Positions 1 through 12,035 of a DNA stretch of 64,000 nt are shown here, in pieces (position 1 is the stretch's first letter; every line of letters starts with the position of its first letter). Origin of the DNA: Chiloscyllium plagiosum (lineage: Eukaryota); assembly GCF_004010195.1 (NCBI RefSeq), contig NC_057751.1, forward strand, positions 2,577,286 through 2,641,285. The letters are read 5' to 3'. Made by a program: the position numbers and the translations under genes. A model generated the notes under the pieces. The model made no database searches. It had not been told where the DNA came from and saw only the letters and a program-made list of their open reading frames with translations.

Positions 1-231
1 CTGATACCCCGTAGTAATTGCCATTTGTACCAGTTTGTGCTGCACGATAAGAGTTGTCCGACATAATCAACTGCCAGAAATTCCCCTTCAGTGCTTTTTT
101 GTTAGCATGGGCCTATCTTGTCACAAGTGGTGGCTCATACACCAGTGTAGTGTATCTACAGAAGAGGAATGGTTCTCAGGAAACAGCTTTATAGAATGAT
201 TCTAAGTTTACTACATTTGGTTGTAATTTCA

Positions 232-1270
232 GGATGGAATTTCAGCATTTTGACCCAGCGACACTGAAGGAACGGCGATATATTTCCAAGTCAGGATGAT
301 GAGTGGCTTGGAGGGGTACTTGAAGGTGGTGGTGTTCCCATGTATCTACTGCCCTTGTCTTTCTGGATAGAAGTGGTCCTCAGTTTGGAAGGAGCTGTCT
401 CAGGATCTTTGGAGAATTTCTGCAGTGCTTCTTGTTGATCATACACACTGCTACTACTCTGTATTGCTTGTGAATATGGTGCCAATCAAATGGGCTGCTT
501 TCTCCTCGATGATGTCAAGCTTCTCGAGTGTTGTTTCAGTTGCACCCATCCAGGGAAGTGGAGTGTGTTTCAGCACACCTCTGATTTGAGCCGAGTGGAT
601 GGTAGGCAGGTTCTAGGGAGTCAGGAGTTGTCAGAAGGGGTGATATGTCCGACCGATCACCTTTACCCCACATCCATCCACCTATTGCATTCAGCTACCT
701 TCTCCCCAGCCCCAACCCCCTCCCATTTATCTCTCCACTCCCGAGACTCCCAGCCTCATTCCTGATGAAGGGCTCCGAACCAAAACATTGATTTTCCTGC
801 TCCTTGGATGCTACCTGACCTGCTGTGCTTTTCCAGCAACACACTCTTGTCATTGATGCCACACCCGGTCGAATGCGGCTTGATATCAAGGGCTGTCACT
901 CTCATCTCAACTCTGGAATTCAGTGCTTTTGTCCATGTTTAAACCAAGACTGTAAAGAGGTCAGAAGTTGGTGGCTCTGCTGGAACCCAAACTGGGCATC
1001 ACCGAGCAGGTTATTGTCGAGCAAGTCTTGCTTAATAGCACTGCTGATGACACCCATATTTATTCTCACCCTGAGAACTCTCAGGGCAATTCATTCCCAA
1101 CTGTTTCGCATTGTTTTGCCACCTCAACTGGGTCTGTCCTGTCAGTGGGATATGACATATCCAGGGATGGTGATGGTCGTGACTGGAACATAGTCATACT
1201 GATAGAATCATATCTGACTGACAGGTCAGGTTATTGCTTGACCAGTCTGTGAGACATCTCTCCCAATTTT
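232..1270 (-). mobile_element. Old CR1-like LINE fragments, interrupted by a PLE 3' end at about 640-845
   Basis: Degenerate sequence (tttgacccagcgacactgaaggaacggcgatatatttccaagtcagg...) recurs at about 60890-61130 and 62900-63960; the RT-like peptide QDITAGVPQDSSPG appears in the related copy at 63554-63778. Confidence 0.65.
640..845 (+). mobile_element. Penelope-like element 3' end (pLTR) with degenerate hammerhead motif
   Basis: Pyrimidine-rich 3' UTR followed by cctgatgaagggc...aaaacattgattttcctgctccttggatgctacctgacctgctgtgcttttccagc; matches the ends of the PLEs at 25200-25430 and 50040-50305. Confidence 0.8.
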
Positions 1271-1287
1271 GTCAGTATCATCGATAG

Positions 1288-2457
1288 TCACAGGTGAGGT
1301 GGCGGAAGACTGGAGGTTGGCTAACGTGGTGCCACTCTTTCAGACAAGAGAAGGACAAGCCAAGGAACTATAGACCGGTGAGCCTGACTGGTGGTGGGCA
1401 AGTTGTTGGAGGGAATTCTGAGGAACATGGCTTTGTCCGTGGAAAATCCTATTTCACAAACTTGATTGAGTTTTTTGAAGAAGTAACGAAGAAGATTAAT
1501 GAGGGCAGAGCGGTAGATGTGATCTGTATGGACTTCAGTAAGGCGTTCGACAAGGTTCCCCATGGGAGACTGGTGAGCAAGGTTAGATCTCACGGAATAC
1601 AGGAAGAACTCGCCATTTGGATACAGAACTGGCTCAAAGGTAGAAGACAGAGGGTGGTGGTGGAGGGTTGTTTTTCAGACTGGAGGCCTGTGACCAGTGG
1701 AGTGCCAGAAAGAACGGTGCTGGGTCCTCTACCTTTTGTAATTTGGATTTGGATGCGAGAATAAGAGGTATAGTTAGTAAGTTTGCAGATGACACCAAAA
1801 TTGGAGGTGTAGTGCACAACAAAGGTTACCTTAGATTACAACAGGATCATGGTCAATGGGCCGAGAAGTGGCAGATGGAGTTTAATTCAGATAAATGTGA
1901 GGTGCTGCATTTTGGGAAAGCAAATCTTGGCAGGACTAATTCACTTAATGGTAAGGTCCTAGAGAGTGTTGCTGAACAAAGAGACCTTGGCATTCATAGC
2001 ACCTTGAAATTGGTGTCACAGGTAGATAGGATAGTGAAGAAGACATTTGGTATGCTTTCTTTTATTGGTCAGAGTATTGGGTTTACAAAATCATGAGAGG
2101 TATGAATAGGATAAATAGACAAAGTCTTTTCCCTGGGGTAGGGGAGTCCAGAACTAGAGGGCATAGGTTTAGGGTGAGACAGGATAGATATAAAAGACAC
2201 CTAAGGGGCAATGTTTTCACACAGAGGCTGATGCGTGTATGAAATGAGCTGCCAGAGGGAGTGGTGGAGGCTGGTACAATTGCAACATTTAAAGGCATCT
2301 GGATGGGTATATGAATAGGAAGGTTTTGGAGGGATATGAGCCAGGTGCTGGCAGGTGGGACTAGATTGGGTTGGGATATTTGGTCGGCATGGATGGGTTG
2401 GATCGAGGGGTCTGTTTCCACGCTGTACATCTCTATGACTCTATCTGTGACTCTATG
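1288..2457 (+). mobile_element. CR1 (HER1-like) LINE, 5'-truncated and internally deleted RT plus 3' end
   Basis: ORF pieces NYRPVSLT, MDFSKAFDKVPH, SGVP, SKFADDTK; 3' tail ctctatgactctat; frameshifts. Confidence 0.95.
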
Positions 2458-2554
2458 TCAGTAAGGGGGATATTGCAGGGTCGACAGGAATGCTTCTGCT
2501 GTTGTCTTTGTTTCTGCTGTTAGCTGTTGATAGTCCCTAGACTCTGCCTCATGT

Positions 2555-2685
2555 GCCTGATGAAGGGTCCTGTCTGAAACTTCGATTTTCCTGCTCTTCT
2601 GTTGCTGCTTGACCTGCTGTGGTTTTTCCAGCTGCATATTTTATCGACTCTGACTTTCCAGCATCTGCAGTCCTCACTACCTCTA
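2555..2685 (+). mobile_element. Short PLE-derived hammerhead element (family A), degenerate
   Basis: cctgatgaagggtcctgtctgaaacttcgattttcctgctc...ccagcatctgcagtcctcact. Confidence 0.75.
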
Positions 2686-3224
2686 ATTTGCTAGGTTAGA
2701 GAACAACAGTTACACAAATTGTTGTTCCTCTCAGGATTTGCCTGTGTTCGGTGTCCCATTTCACTGGCTTAATGAGTCTTTGTTTTAAATGACCTCGCAT
2801 TTGTTTCGCCCACAGTCTTCATCTTGTTTCACTGTGATTGACTCCTTTACACCCTGGCTGCAGTTGCGCAACCAAATTTGAAATTGACATTTGCAGAAAT
2901 GCAATAAACTGTACTGACGACTAGTATTATTAACACACTGGCTTGACTGATTTGTTTTGTGTGATTGCCTGAGACACTGGGTTGTCACCACTCACTCGTA
3001 AGAGCAGTTTTATGGAAGGATGCACGTAGTTGCTTGTGGATTTGTCTTTTTAAAATGAGCTATGAAGCTGCAAGCAATATTATGACGTTTTCTTTTCTTG
3101 CATATCAAAGCCCTCTTGATTACATCCAATACCTTGTGAAGTTGCCAGCGATCAGATCGCTTTTGCGAGATAGGTCAGCCTTTCAACAAAAGCATCATTT
3201 CCAAAAGACTTATGCATTTTTATC

Positions 3225-3590
3225 TTCAGTCATGAGATGCAAGCATCACTGGGGTTAAGGCCAGCATTTGTTCGCCATCCTGATTTGGTCTTGACCTGAC
3301 TGGGCCCGTTCAAACTGCACTCTGACTTGACCACAGTGCAATGGGTTTGAGAGTCACACGCAGGCCAGACGAGCTAAGGCTGACAGACAGTGAACCAGAT
3401 GAGTTCCTAAAGCTGTCAATGGCTGTTTCATGGTCACTTTTACTGAGAATAACTTTCAATTCCAGATTTCATTAATTTAATTTATGTTCCACCAGATGCC
3501 ATGACTGAAGTGAAACCATGTGTCCATAACAGTAGCCAAGACCCTGGATTCATGGTTCAGCAACTTGGCCATTATTCCACCTCCTTGCCA
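3225..3590 (-). mobile_element. Old tRNA-derived SINE with CR1-type tail
   Basis: Same family as 7725-8060, 26740-27055, 51915-52210 and 56295-56940 (gagtcacatgtaggccagacc...gtgaaccagatg motif). Confidence 0.65.
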
Positions 3591-3670
3591 TCTACTGTGT
3601 CTAATCTATCCTTTACTCTGTGACCACTTTAGTGTTTTATTTTTGAATGTGAAAACAATATTGTTTTGAA

Positions 3671-3781
3671 GAGAAAATGCTGGAAAATCTCAGCAGGTCT
3701 GGCAGCATCTGTAAGGAGAGAAAAGAGCTGACGTTTCGAGTCTAACTGACCCTTTGTCAAAGCAGTGATTTGTTTTTATTT
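3671..3781 (-). mobile_element. Short PLE-derived hammerhead element (family C) with a perfect 14-bp TSD
   Basis: TSD aatattgttttgaa at 3657-3670 and 3782-3795; minus strand reads ttgacaaagggtcagttagactcgaaacgtcagc. Confidence 0.85.
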
Positions 3782-3946
3782 AATATTGTTTTGAACTTTG
3801 TACGATAGAATGAATCAGGCAATAGCGCGCTTCCACAACTCCGTGGAATTCACTGGTAATTGGAGGTAACTGGAGAGCTGTAAAATGTAGCTGTGGATTC
3901 CCCTCCGGTATTGCTCAATGCACACACTATACAGTCACATATAGGA

Positions 3947-4075
3947 TTCCTAAAGAAGGGCTCATACCCGAAACGTCAATTCTCCTGCTCCTTGGATGCA
4001 GCCTGACCTGCTGCGCTTTTCCAGCAACACATTTTCAGCTCTGATCTCCAGCATCTGCAGTCCTCACTTTCTCCT
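3947..4075 (+). mobile_element. Short PLE-derived hammerhead element (family A)
   Basis: ttcctaaagaagggctcatacccgaaacgtcaattctcctgctcc...cagcatctgcagtcctcactttctcct. Confidence 0.8.
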
Positions 4076-5175
4076 AATCACGTATGGACAGACAGGGACC
4101 AAAATGTAACACAAACATGCTGAAGCAGTTTATAGGAAATTGTTTGAATGGAATTTGTCAGACTGCAGATTAATGTTGTGCTGATGCTCCTTCACAACCA
4201 CCAATTCTTAATCAAGGGTTAATTCTTCCTTTGGAGAATATTATTCTTGGACGGTTGTGGTCATAATTATTGGGATTCCTTGTGTGCCACTCAGTTCTCT
4301 TCGGGGAAAGGAGAAAATATCTTGTCTTTCAGCCTTGTCTCAACCTCTGAGATGGCAAATGGCCAAGGACTTGTTTTTTGTGATGCTAGGTAATACTGAC
4401 AGCACTAACAATATCGTGGGCATTCAGAAGCATGAAGTAAACTCCCCCTGCTCCTCTATTCTTATTCCGAACGGAATCTGGTGCTCTCTCCATATTTCGA
4501 TAATACCTTAAACAGTGGAACTGCCAACACTGAAAACAAACAGAGGGAACTTTCACCACCTCCTCATGCTAGCCCAATTTAGCAAGATAATGGTGAGGAG
4601 AGAGAAATAATTACACATTCCATTGTTCGCAGTGAATGAAAGCCATGAAAGGAATTATTAAATAGTTTTACAGTTGCCACCTCTTTCTTTGGAAGATTTG
4701 AGATGCTTCCTGCACTGACGCAGCATCTATCTTTACACCATTGCTATTCTGCATTGTTTTCCTCCAAAATTATGAAGTGGATGATTTTATTATCAGAAAA
4801 ATGCATGCTATTGATTTGTGGGTAACATTTTGCGACAAAAAAAATGCCAGTAATCTTCAGGAAATATGCCTTTGTCTGTGGAATGAAAAATAGATTTCAC
4901 ACCACAAATATTCAAATTTCCAGATACTTGGAGACACACCAAAAGATGCATGCCATGTCAAGACCTTGTGCCAGGTACGTGCCAACTGACTACCTTCGAG
5001 CTGACATTATTGCCCAACTCCACCCGATGTGCCCAACCCTTCTCGACACCTGCCATCCTGCCATGCAGTACCATTTCCCATCAGCCACCTTGCAACCCAC
5101 CTGACACTCAACCCCTCTCCTACTTGATAACATGCCACCATACCCTTTCAACCTTCCCGTGTGAAAGTCAACATT

Positions 5176-5485
5176 GTGGGCGGCACGGTGGCACAGTGGT
5201 TAGCACTGCTGCCTCACAGCGCCAGAGACCCGGGTTCAATTCCCGACTCAGGCGACTGACTGTGTGGAGTTTGCTCATTCTCCCCGTGTCTGCGTGGGTT
5301 TCCTCCGGGTGCTCCGGTTTCCTCCCACAGTCCAAAGATGTGCAGGTCAGGTGAATTGGCCATACTAAATTGCCCGTAGTGTTAGGTAAGGGGTAAATGT
5401 AGGGGTATGGGTGGGTTGCGCTTCGGCGGGGCGGTGTGGACTTGTTGGGCCGAAGGGCCTGTTTCCACACTGTAAGTAATCTAAT
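5176..5485 (+). mobile_element. HE1 SINE (tRNA-derived, elasmobranch)
   Basis: gggcggcacggtggcacagtggttagc (A box), ggttcaattcc (B box), V-SINE core, CR1-like 3' end and taatct tail. Confidence 0.95.
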
Positions 5486-5660
5486 TGTCATTCACGTGTC
5501 TGAATTTCACATGGCATCTTTTCAACTTGGCCATGGGACTTCTATCCTGGAGTACGGCAGCAAGTGCTGTCATGATTTTGAGTCAGGTACAAAATATGAC
5601 CAGAAGTGATGTTTCTTGATATATCTGAACTGGCATTTTGAGTTGCAGTCCAATGACAAA

Positions 5661-5894
5661 GGAGTGCTGCTCTGTTACAGGGTGGGTAATTAGGGAATAC
5701 TGAACAGTCAGAGGGTCATTTCTGAGGGACTGCTGCAATTTCAGAGGGTCACTACTGAGGGAGTGCTGTAATGTCAGAGGATTAGTACTGGTGGAACACA
5801 GCACCGTCAGAGTGTCCGTGCTGCATGTCAGAGTGTCAAGGTGAGGTAATATTGCACTGTCAGACAGCTCGCATCGAGAGGGTACGGCATTGTC
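5661..5894 (+). repeat. Degenerate 33-bp tandem repeat (about 7 units)
   Basis: Unit approximates gagtgctgcactgtcagagggtcagtactgagg. Confidence 0.8.
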
Positions 5895-5972
5895 CTTAAG
5901 ACCTGAAGGTAGAGGGGCAGATCATAGAGGCAGAAAAGGTCATTCAGCCCATCAAATCTGCTCCACAATTCA

Positions 5973-6160
5973 ATGATTTGAAGGTGCTGGTGTTGGACTG
6001 GTGGACAAGGTCAAAAATCACACAACACCTGGTTATAGTTCAACGGGTATATTTGAAAACACTAGCTTTCGGAGCACTGCCCCTTCATCAGGTGCTCAAA
6101 TAGTGTTTTCAAATAAACCCGTTGGACTATAACCTGGAATCGTGTGATTTTTGGCTTGTA
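5973..6160. mobile_element. Inverted-repeat PLE pLTR insertion (family B)
   Basis: Arms at about 6003-6064 and 6101-6159; TSD attcaatga at 5968-5976 and 6163-6171. Confidence 0.85.
6057..6097 (-). ncRNA. Minimal type I hammerhead ribozyme motif (intact core)
   Basis: Minus strand reads GAGCAC CUGAUGA A GGGGC AGU GCUCC GAAA GCU A GUGUUU: stem I 6 bp, stem II 5 bp, palindromic AGCU stem III, CUA cleavage triplet. Activity is not shown. Confidence 0.75.
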
Positions 6161-7030
6161 CCATTCAATGAGATCATGGTTTACTTCATAGTCCTCAGTC
6201 ACTTTTCTACCTTTTTCCCATAACTATTGATTCCCTTACTGATTTAAAAAGTGTCTATCCCTGACATGAATAATCTGAATGACCCTATGTCAAGAGATCT
6301 CTCAGGAAAGAATTCCACAGGTCGACCACCTCTGAGAAACAACATTCTTCCTCATCTCTGTCATAAGTATGTGACCCTTTAATTTGACATTTTGCCCTGT
6401 CATCCTACATTTTCCCACAGGGGAAGCTAATTCCCGGATCTGCCCTGTCAAGTCCCCTAGTAAACTTATATGTTTCAATAAGGTCGCCATTCAAATCTCC
6501 AATGAGTATAAGCCCAACCCACTCAACCTTTCCTCGTAAAATAGTCCTTTCATACCCGAGATCAACCCCATGAACCTTTTACAAGTCAATACTCTGACAA
6601 AACATCAGACGTATCAAGGCTGCTTTTCTGTGAAAGATGCTTTGCATTTACTGCCTTGAGGACGAAGGCTCTTGGAACTTGCTCCTTAACAGCATTATGG
6701 TCTTACTGCACCCATGGACTGCAGCAGTTCAAGAAGGTAGCTCACCACCATCTTCTCCAGGGCAATCATGATGGACAGTAAATTCTGGCAGAGCCACTGA
6801 TGTCCACATCACATCAACAAATTTTTAAAAATCTCGGTGTATACATGTCAACCTCCAAGACAGTGACAACTCCCCTCCTGTTATTATTCAGATTTGAGGA
6901 AACTGTCAATGCTGCAATGAATTTCGCCTGGTATTCACAAGACTCGATTACAACTGTCTGATGAAGTATCTCATCACATATGCCTTCTGATCTGGCAGCA
7001 ACAGCACTACATGGGACAAAGTTCATCCGC

Positions 7031-7156
7031 AGGAGAAAGTGAGGACTGCAGACGCTGGAAATCAAAGTCAAAAAGTGTGGCGCTGGAAAAGCACAGCAGG
7101 TCAGGCAGCATTCAAGAACAGGAGAGTCGACATTTTGGGCATAAGCCCTTCATCAG
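7031..7156 (-). mobile_element. Short PLE-derived hammerhead element (family A)
   Basis: Minus strand ctgatgaagggcttatgcccaaaatgtcgactctcctg...; starts exactly at CTGATGA. Confidence 0.8.
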
Positions 7157-7724
7157 TAGACAAGTACTCAAGTTTCTGATCACTTTTTTTTTCTATTTCA
7201 CAACATGTGGGCAAATAGCATTTGCAAAGATTATGTTGAACCATCTTTTCAAATTGCTACAATCCAATGTCTTGATCCAGTCAAAGAGAAGGAATAGCAA
7301 TACAGTTCGACATCAAGGTAGCGAGTGGCTTGCAGGTGGTAGTGCTTCCACATATCTGCATCCCTTGTCCTTCTTCATGGTTACTGGTTCGGAAGGTGCT
7401 TGCCAAGGATTGCTGCAGTATGTTTTGTGGATGATATATTGCTACCGCTCTATCATACTGAAGGAAGTGAACATCTCAGGTAGTGGACGGAGTGCAAGTC
7501 AAGCGATTGCTTTGTCCTGGACAGAGTCAAGCTTCTTCAGTGCTGTCCCTTTCAGATCCAGTGTGGTGTATGTTTGACCTCATTTTATCTTCAAATCTGA
7601 CCACGTGGAATTATTAATTTCTTCTTCACTATCACTTCTTGTTACTCGATTCTGTTCTGAAATGGTCCTGCTTTAAATGAATCTATAATCCTGTTTTAAT
7701 GTGCTTGATTTTTAAAAAAATATA

Positions 7725-8060
7725 TTCATTCACAGGCTGAGGACATCACTGGCTAGGCCAGGAATTAATCCCCACCCCTAATTGCCCAGAAGACAGTTAA
7801 GAGTCAACCACATTGCTGCAGTTCTGGAGTCACATGTAGGCCAGACCAGGTAAGGATGGCAGTTTCCTGCCCTCAAGAACACTCGTGAACCAGATGGGTT
7901 TTTCCAACAATTGACAATGGATTCATGGTCATCATTTGACTCTCAATTCCAGGTGTTTATTGAATTCAAATTCTACCATTTGCTATGGCAGAATTTGAAT
8001 CCAGGGTCCTGGACCTGGGTCAACAGCCCAGCGATAATGATACCATGCTGTCATCTCACC
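7725..8060 (-). mobile_element. tRNA-derived SINE with CR1-type tail
   Basis: gagtcaaccacattgctg...gagtcacatgtaggccagaccaggtaaggatggcag...gtgaaccagatggg. Confidence 0.75.
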
Positions 8061-8215
8061 TGGTGTCTGATAGCTTCATGTATGTATGGTGGGGGTGAAA
8101 GTCAAAGCAGCCATGGGATTTGTATCACTCCTGAAGGACAATGACCTTGGCCAGACAAGTTAACAGCACCCCAGGAAACTGTGGACCAGTGAGCCTGACA
8201 TTGGTGGTGGGCAAG

Positions 8216-8463
8216 TTTAGATTAGATTATTATAGTGTGGAAACAGGCTCTTCAACCCAACAAGTCCATACCGACCTGCCGAAGCGTAACCCACCCAGAC
8301 CTGATCCCTTACATTTACCCCTTCACCTAACACTACGGGCAATTTAGCATGGCCAATTCACCTAACCTGCACATTTTTGGATTGTGGGAGGAAGCCAGAG
8401 CACCCGGAGGAAACCCACACAGACACGGTGAGAATGTGCAAACTCCACACAGAGAGTCGCCTG
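8216..8463 (-). mobile_element. HE1 SINE, 5'-truncated, inserted in CR1
   Basis: tagattagatt tail followed by the reverse complement of the HE1 body. Confidence 0.9.
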
Positions 8464-8983
8464 TGGGGTTGTTAGAGGGAACCCTGAGGGACAGAATGTT
8501 CACGTATTTGGAAATGCATGGACTGATTAGGGATAGTCAACATGGCTTTGTGCGTGGGAAATCATGTCTCACAAACTTGATTGAGTTTTTTGAAGAAGTA
8601 ACAAAGAGGATTAATGAGGGCAGAACGGTGGAAATGATCTATATGGACTTCAGTAAGGCATTTGACAAGGTTCTCCATGGGAGACTAGTTAGCAAGGTTA
8701 GATCTCATGGAATACAGGGGGGACTAGCCATTTGGATAAAGAACTGGCTAAAAGGTAGAAGACAGAGGGTGGTGGTGGAGGGTTGTTTTTCAAACTGGAG
8801 GCATGTGACCACAAGGATTGGTGCTGGGTTCACGACTTTTCACCATTTATATAAATGATTTGGATGTGAGCATAAGAGGTACAGTTAGTAAGTTTGCAGA
8901 TGACACCAAAATTGGAGGTGTAGTGGACAGCGAAGAGGGTTACCTCAGATTACAACAGGATCTGGACCAGATGGGCCAATAGG

Positions 8984-9092
8984 NNNNNNNNNNNNNNNNN
9001 NNNNNNNNNNNNNNNNNNNNNNNNNNNNNNNNNNNNNNNNNNNNNNNNNNNNNNNNNNNNNNNNNNNNNNNNNNNNNNNNNNNNNNNNNNNN
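8984..9092. other. Assembly gap (109 N)
   Basis: Run of N. Confidence 1.
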
Positions 9093-10094
9093 TGAGCTAC
9101 AGGGAGAGGCTGAACAGGCTGGGGCTGTTTTCCCTGGAGCATCGGAGGCTGAGGGGTGACCTTATAGAGGTTTACAAAATCATGAGGGGCATGAATAGGT
9201 TAAATAGACAAGGTCTTTTCCCTGGTGTGGGGGAGTCCAGAACTAGAGAGCAAAGGTTTAGGGTGAGAAGAGAAAGATATAAAAGACACCTAAGGGGCAA
9301 CATTTTCATGCAGAGGGTGGTATGTTTATGGAATGAGCTGCCAGAGGAAGTGGTGGAGACTGGTACAATTGCAACATTTAAAAGGGACCTGGATGGGTAT
9401 ATGAATAGAAAGGGTTTACAGGGATATGGGCCAGGCGCTGACAGGTGAGACTAGATTGGGTTGGGATATCTGGTCGACATGGACGATTTGGGCCGAAGGG
9501 TCTGTTTCCGTGCTGTATATCTCTATGATTCTATGACTCTATAAATGAAAACAAGCAGAATCATGAATTCAAACCATGAAGCAACTCAGGCTCAGCAAAA
9601 CTTGACACATGATCACATGAGGAAAACTCTTGAAATTCTGGTCACATTGTGAAGACATAACAGGTTAGCAGCAATATTTTAATGGAAATGTCAAATTTTT
9701 CAAGGAGGAAGTTGAAAGATAATAGATTATATAATGTCAACCCTGTGCTTGCTTCTGTAAACAATAAGGCTCAACTTAGATAATGCTTTTATACTCTGAC
9801 AGTGTAAAAATCTCCTCTCGGTCAGCTTCTAATAACCTGATGATTTAAAAGCTCTTCAGCTTCTTCGGTGAAATATAAAGTTCTCTGGAAATTGGGGCCA
9901 TCAATAAATAGATCTTCAACATATACCACTTGGAAGAAAAGGGCAATGGGAGTTCCACTAAGGTGTCCCTATAAACAATCATTCATTGTGCTTTGGTACT
10001 GACAATCCTTTTCAAGTAGTTGTGATGTACTTCTGCTTTCAAGATGCGATGTAAATAAAGATACTTGGAAATTCCAGAGCTTTTATGCCAGAAT

Positions 10095-10195
10095 GGGACT
10101 AGATTATCTGAGGATATCTGGTCAGCATGGAAAAGTTGGACTGAAGGGTCTGTTTCCATGCTGCACAACTCTATGGCTCTATGACTATGAGTTAA
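10095..10195 (+). mobile_element. CR1 extreme 3' tail
   Basis: gggactagatt...ctgaagggtctgtttccatgctg...ctatgactatga. Confidence 0.85.
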
Positions 10196-10894
10196 CAATT
10201 CTACTAATTCTCATGATTCAGCAATCTCAGGTTATATAATGGCAATCTTCCATGCCACGTCCGTTCCATTGCAAGCTAATTGATAATGTGTGATACTGGA
10301 CACTTGTACTTCCCTTGATAAGAGACTTGTTTACAGAGTACAGCATTTCAAATGTCTGCTTTCTACCAAACATTTCAATATCCCCAGCATTCTCTCTTTC
10401 CAAGTGTTCTCAACATATATTCCAAAATGGCCAGTTCAGAGCTGTTAAGACAAACCTCTGGAAAACATATGACTTAAACCGGGGAATATTCAATTTGACG
10501 CCTTTCATCTGTGTATCTGAACAATGTAACTGTATGCCATTAGCATTGACACCTTGATAGCTCTTTATTCATATCCAAAATTTTTTTTTTACTTCAAGTT
10601 TTCAAAAAGACTGTGCTTTTCTACAGTTCCCTTACAAGTTGAACCAATACCCTCGAACTTTTACTTTGGATCAAGCTGCTGTGAAAACATAAACGTTTGT
10701 AGCTTCAGTGTCCCTGCAATGTAAAACATGCTTAACCAACATTGCCTGCAAAGAATGCTAATTTCTACTTTACACAACATAATTTGCCTGTCGACAATTT
10801 TTTTTGTCAAAGTCAAACTCTGTTCAAGATCATCGGAAAATGACACTTTAATCACCATGTCCTCAGAAAGAAACCAAATAAATTTTCCAAAGCT

Positions 10895-12035
10895 TAGTTC
10901 CCCATGGTAGGCTGATGGAGAAAGTGGAGTCAAATGGGGTTCAGGGTGTCCTAACTAGATGGATAGAGAAGTGGCTGGGCAACAGGAGACAGAGCGTAGT
11001 ACTGGTAGAGAACTGTGACCAGTGGTGTTCCACAGGGATCCATGCTGGGACCACTGCTGTTTGTGATATACACAAAATGACTCAGGAAGGTATAGGTGGC
11101 CTGATGAGCAAGCTTTCAGATGATAGTAAGATTGGTGAAGTAGCAGATCGTGAAGGGGACTGTCAGAGAATGCAGCAGAAGATACACAGATTGGAGAGTT
11201 GGGCAGAGAAATGGAAGATGAAGTTCAATCTGGGCAAATGCAATGTGATGCATTTGGAAGATCCACTTCTATAGCAAACTATGCGATAAATGAAAAAGCT
11301 CTGGAGAAAATTGACGTACGGTGAGATTTGGGTGTTCATGTCCATTGTACCCTGAAGGTGGCAACGCAGGTTGATAGAGTGGTCAAGAAGACTACGGCAT
11401 GCTTTCTTTCATTGGGCGGGACATTGAGTACAAGAGTGGGCAGGTCATGTTATAGTTATATCAGACTTTGGTTCAACCACATTTGGAATACCGCATACAG
11501 TTCTGGTCGCCACATTACCAAAATCATGTGGATGCTTTGGAGAGGGTGCAGAGGAGGTTCACCAGGATGTTGCCTGGTATGGAGGGCACTAGCTATGAAG
11601 AGAGATTGAGTAGATTAGGATTATTTTGATGAGAAAGACAGAAGTTGAGGGGGAACCTGATTGAGGTCGACAAAATCATGAGAGGTATAGAAAGGGTGGA
11701 AAGCAAGAAGCTTTTTTTCCAGAGTGGGGGACTCAATTACTAGGGGTCACAAGTTAAAGGTGAAGGGAAAAAGTTTAAGGGAATTATTTATGGAAAGTTC
11801 TTTACACAGTGTGAGGGTACCTGGAACACATTGCCAGTGGAGGTGGTAGAGGCGGGCACGATAGCATCATTTAAGATGTATCTAGACAGATACATGAATG
11901 GGCAAGGAGCAGAGGGGTACAGATCCTTGGAAAATAGGTGACAGGTTTAGAGAGAAAATCTGGATCAGCACGGGCTTGGAGAGCTGAAGGGCTGTTCCTG
12001 TGTTGTAATTTTCTTTATTTTCTTTTGTTCTTTGT
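10895..12035 (+). mobile_element. CR1 LINE RT C-terminus and 3' UTR
   Basis: WIEKWLGNRRQ, SKLSDDSKIG, WAEKWKMKFN; ttctttgt tail. Confidence 0.9.

Larger units (their letters stand above)
5915..6580 (-). mobile_element. CR1 LINE 3' end, interrupted by a PLE hairpin insertion
   Basis: cattcagcccatc...attcaatga|gatcatgg...gaattccacagg; peptide EMRKNVVSQR. Confidence 0.8.
8168..9542 (+). mobile_element. CR1 LINE RT and 3' end, containing an HE1 insertion and an N gap
   Basis: DSQHGFVRGKSCLTNLIEFF, MDFSKAFDKV, SKFADDTK; ctatgact tail. Confidence 0.95.

Noticed and set aside
5193-5199. CACAGTG heptamers as possible V(D)J recombination signals
   Set aside because: They lie in the HE1 A box; I saw no correctly spaced nonamer and no V/J coding segments.
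4950-5491. Recurrent ORFs such as HGGTVVSTAASQRQRPGFNS and CTSLDCGRKPEHPEETHA
   Set aside because: Incidental translations of HE1 SINE copies, not a gene family.
5661-5894. CRISPR-like array
   Set aside because: Contiguous degenerate tandem units without unique spacers, in a eukaryotic context.
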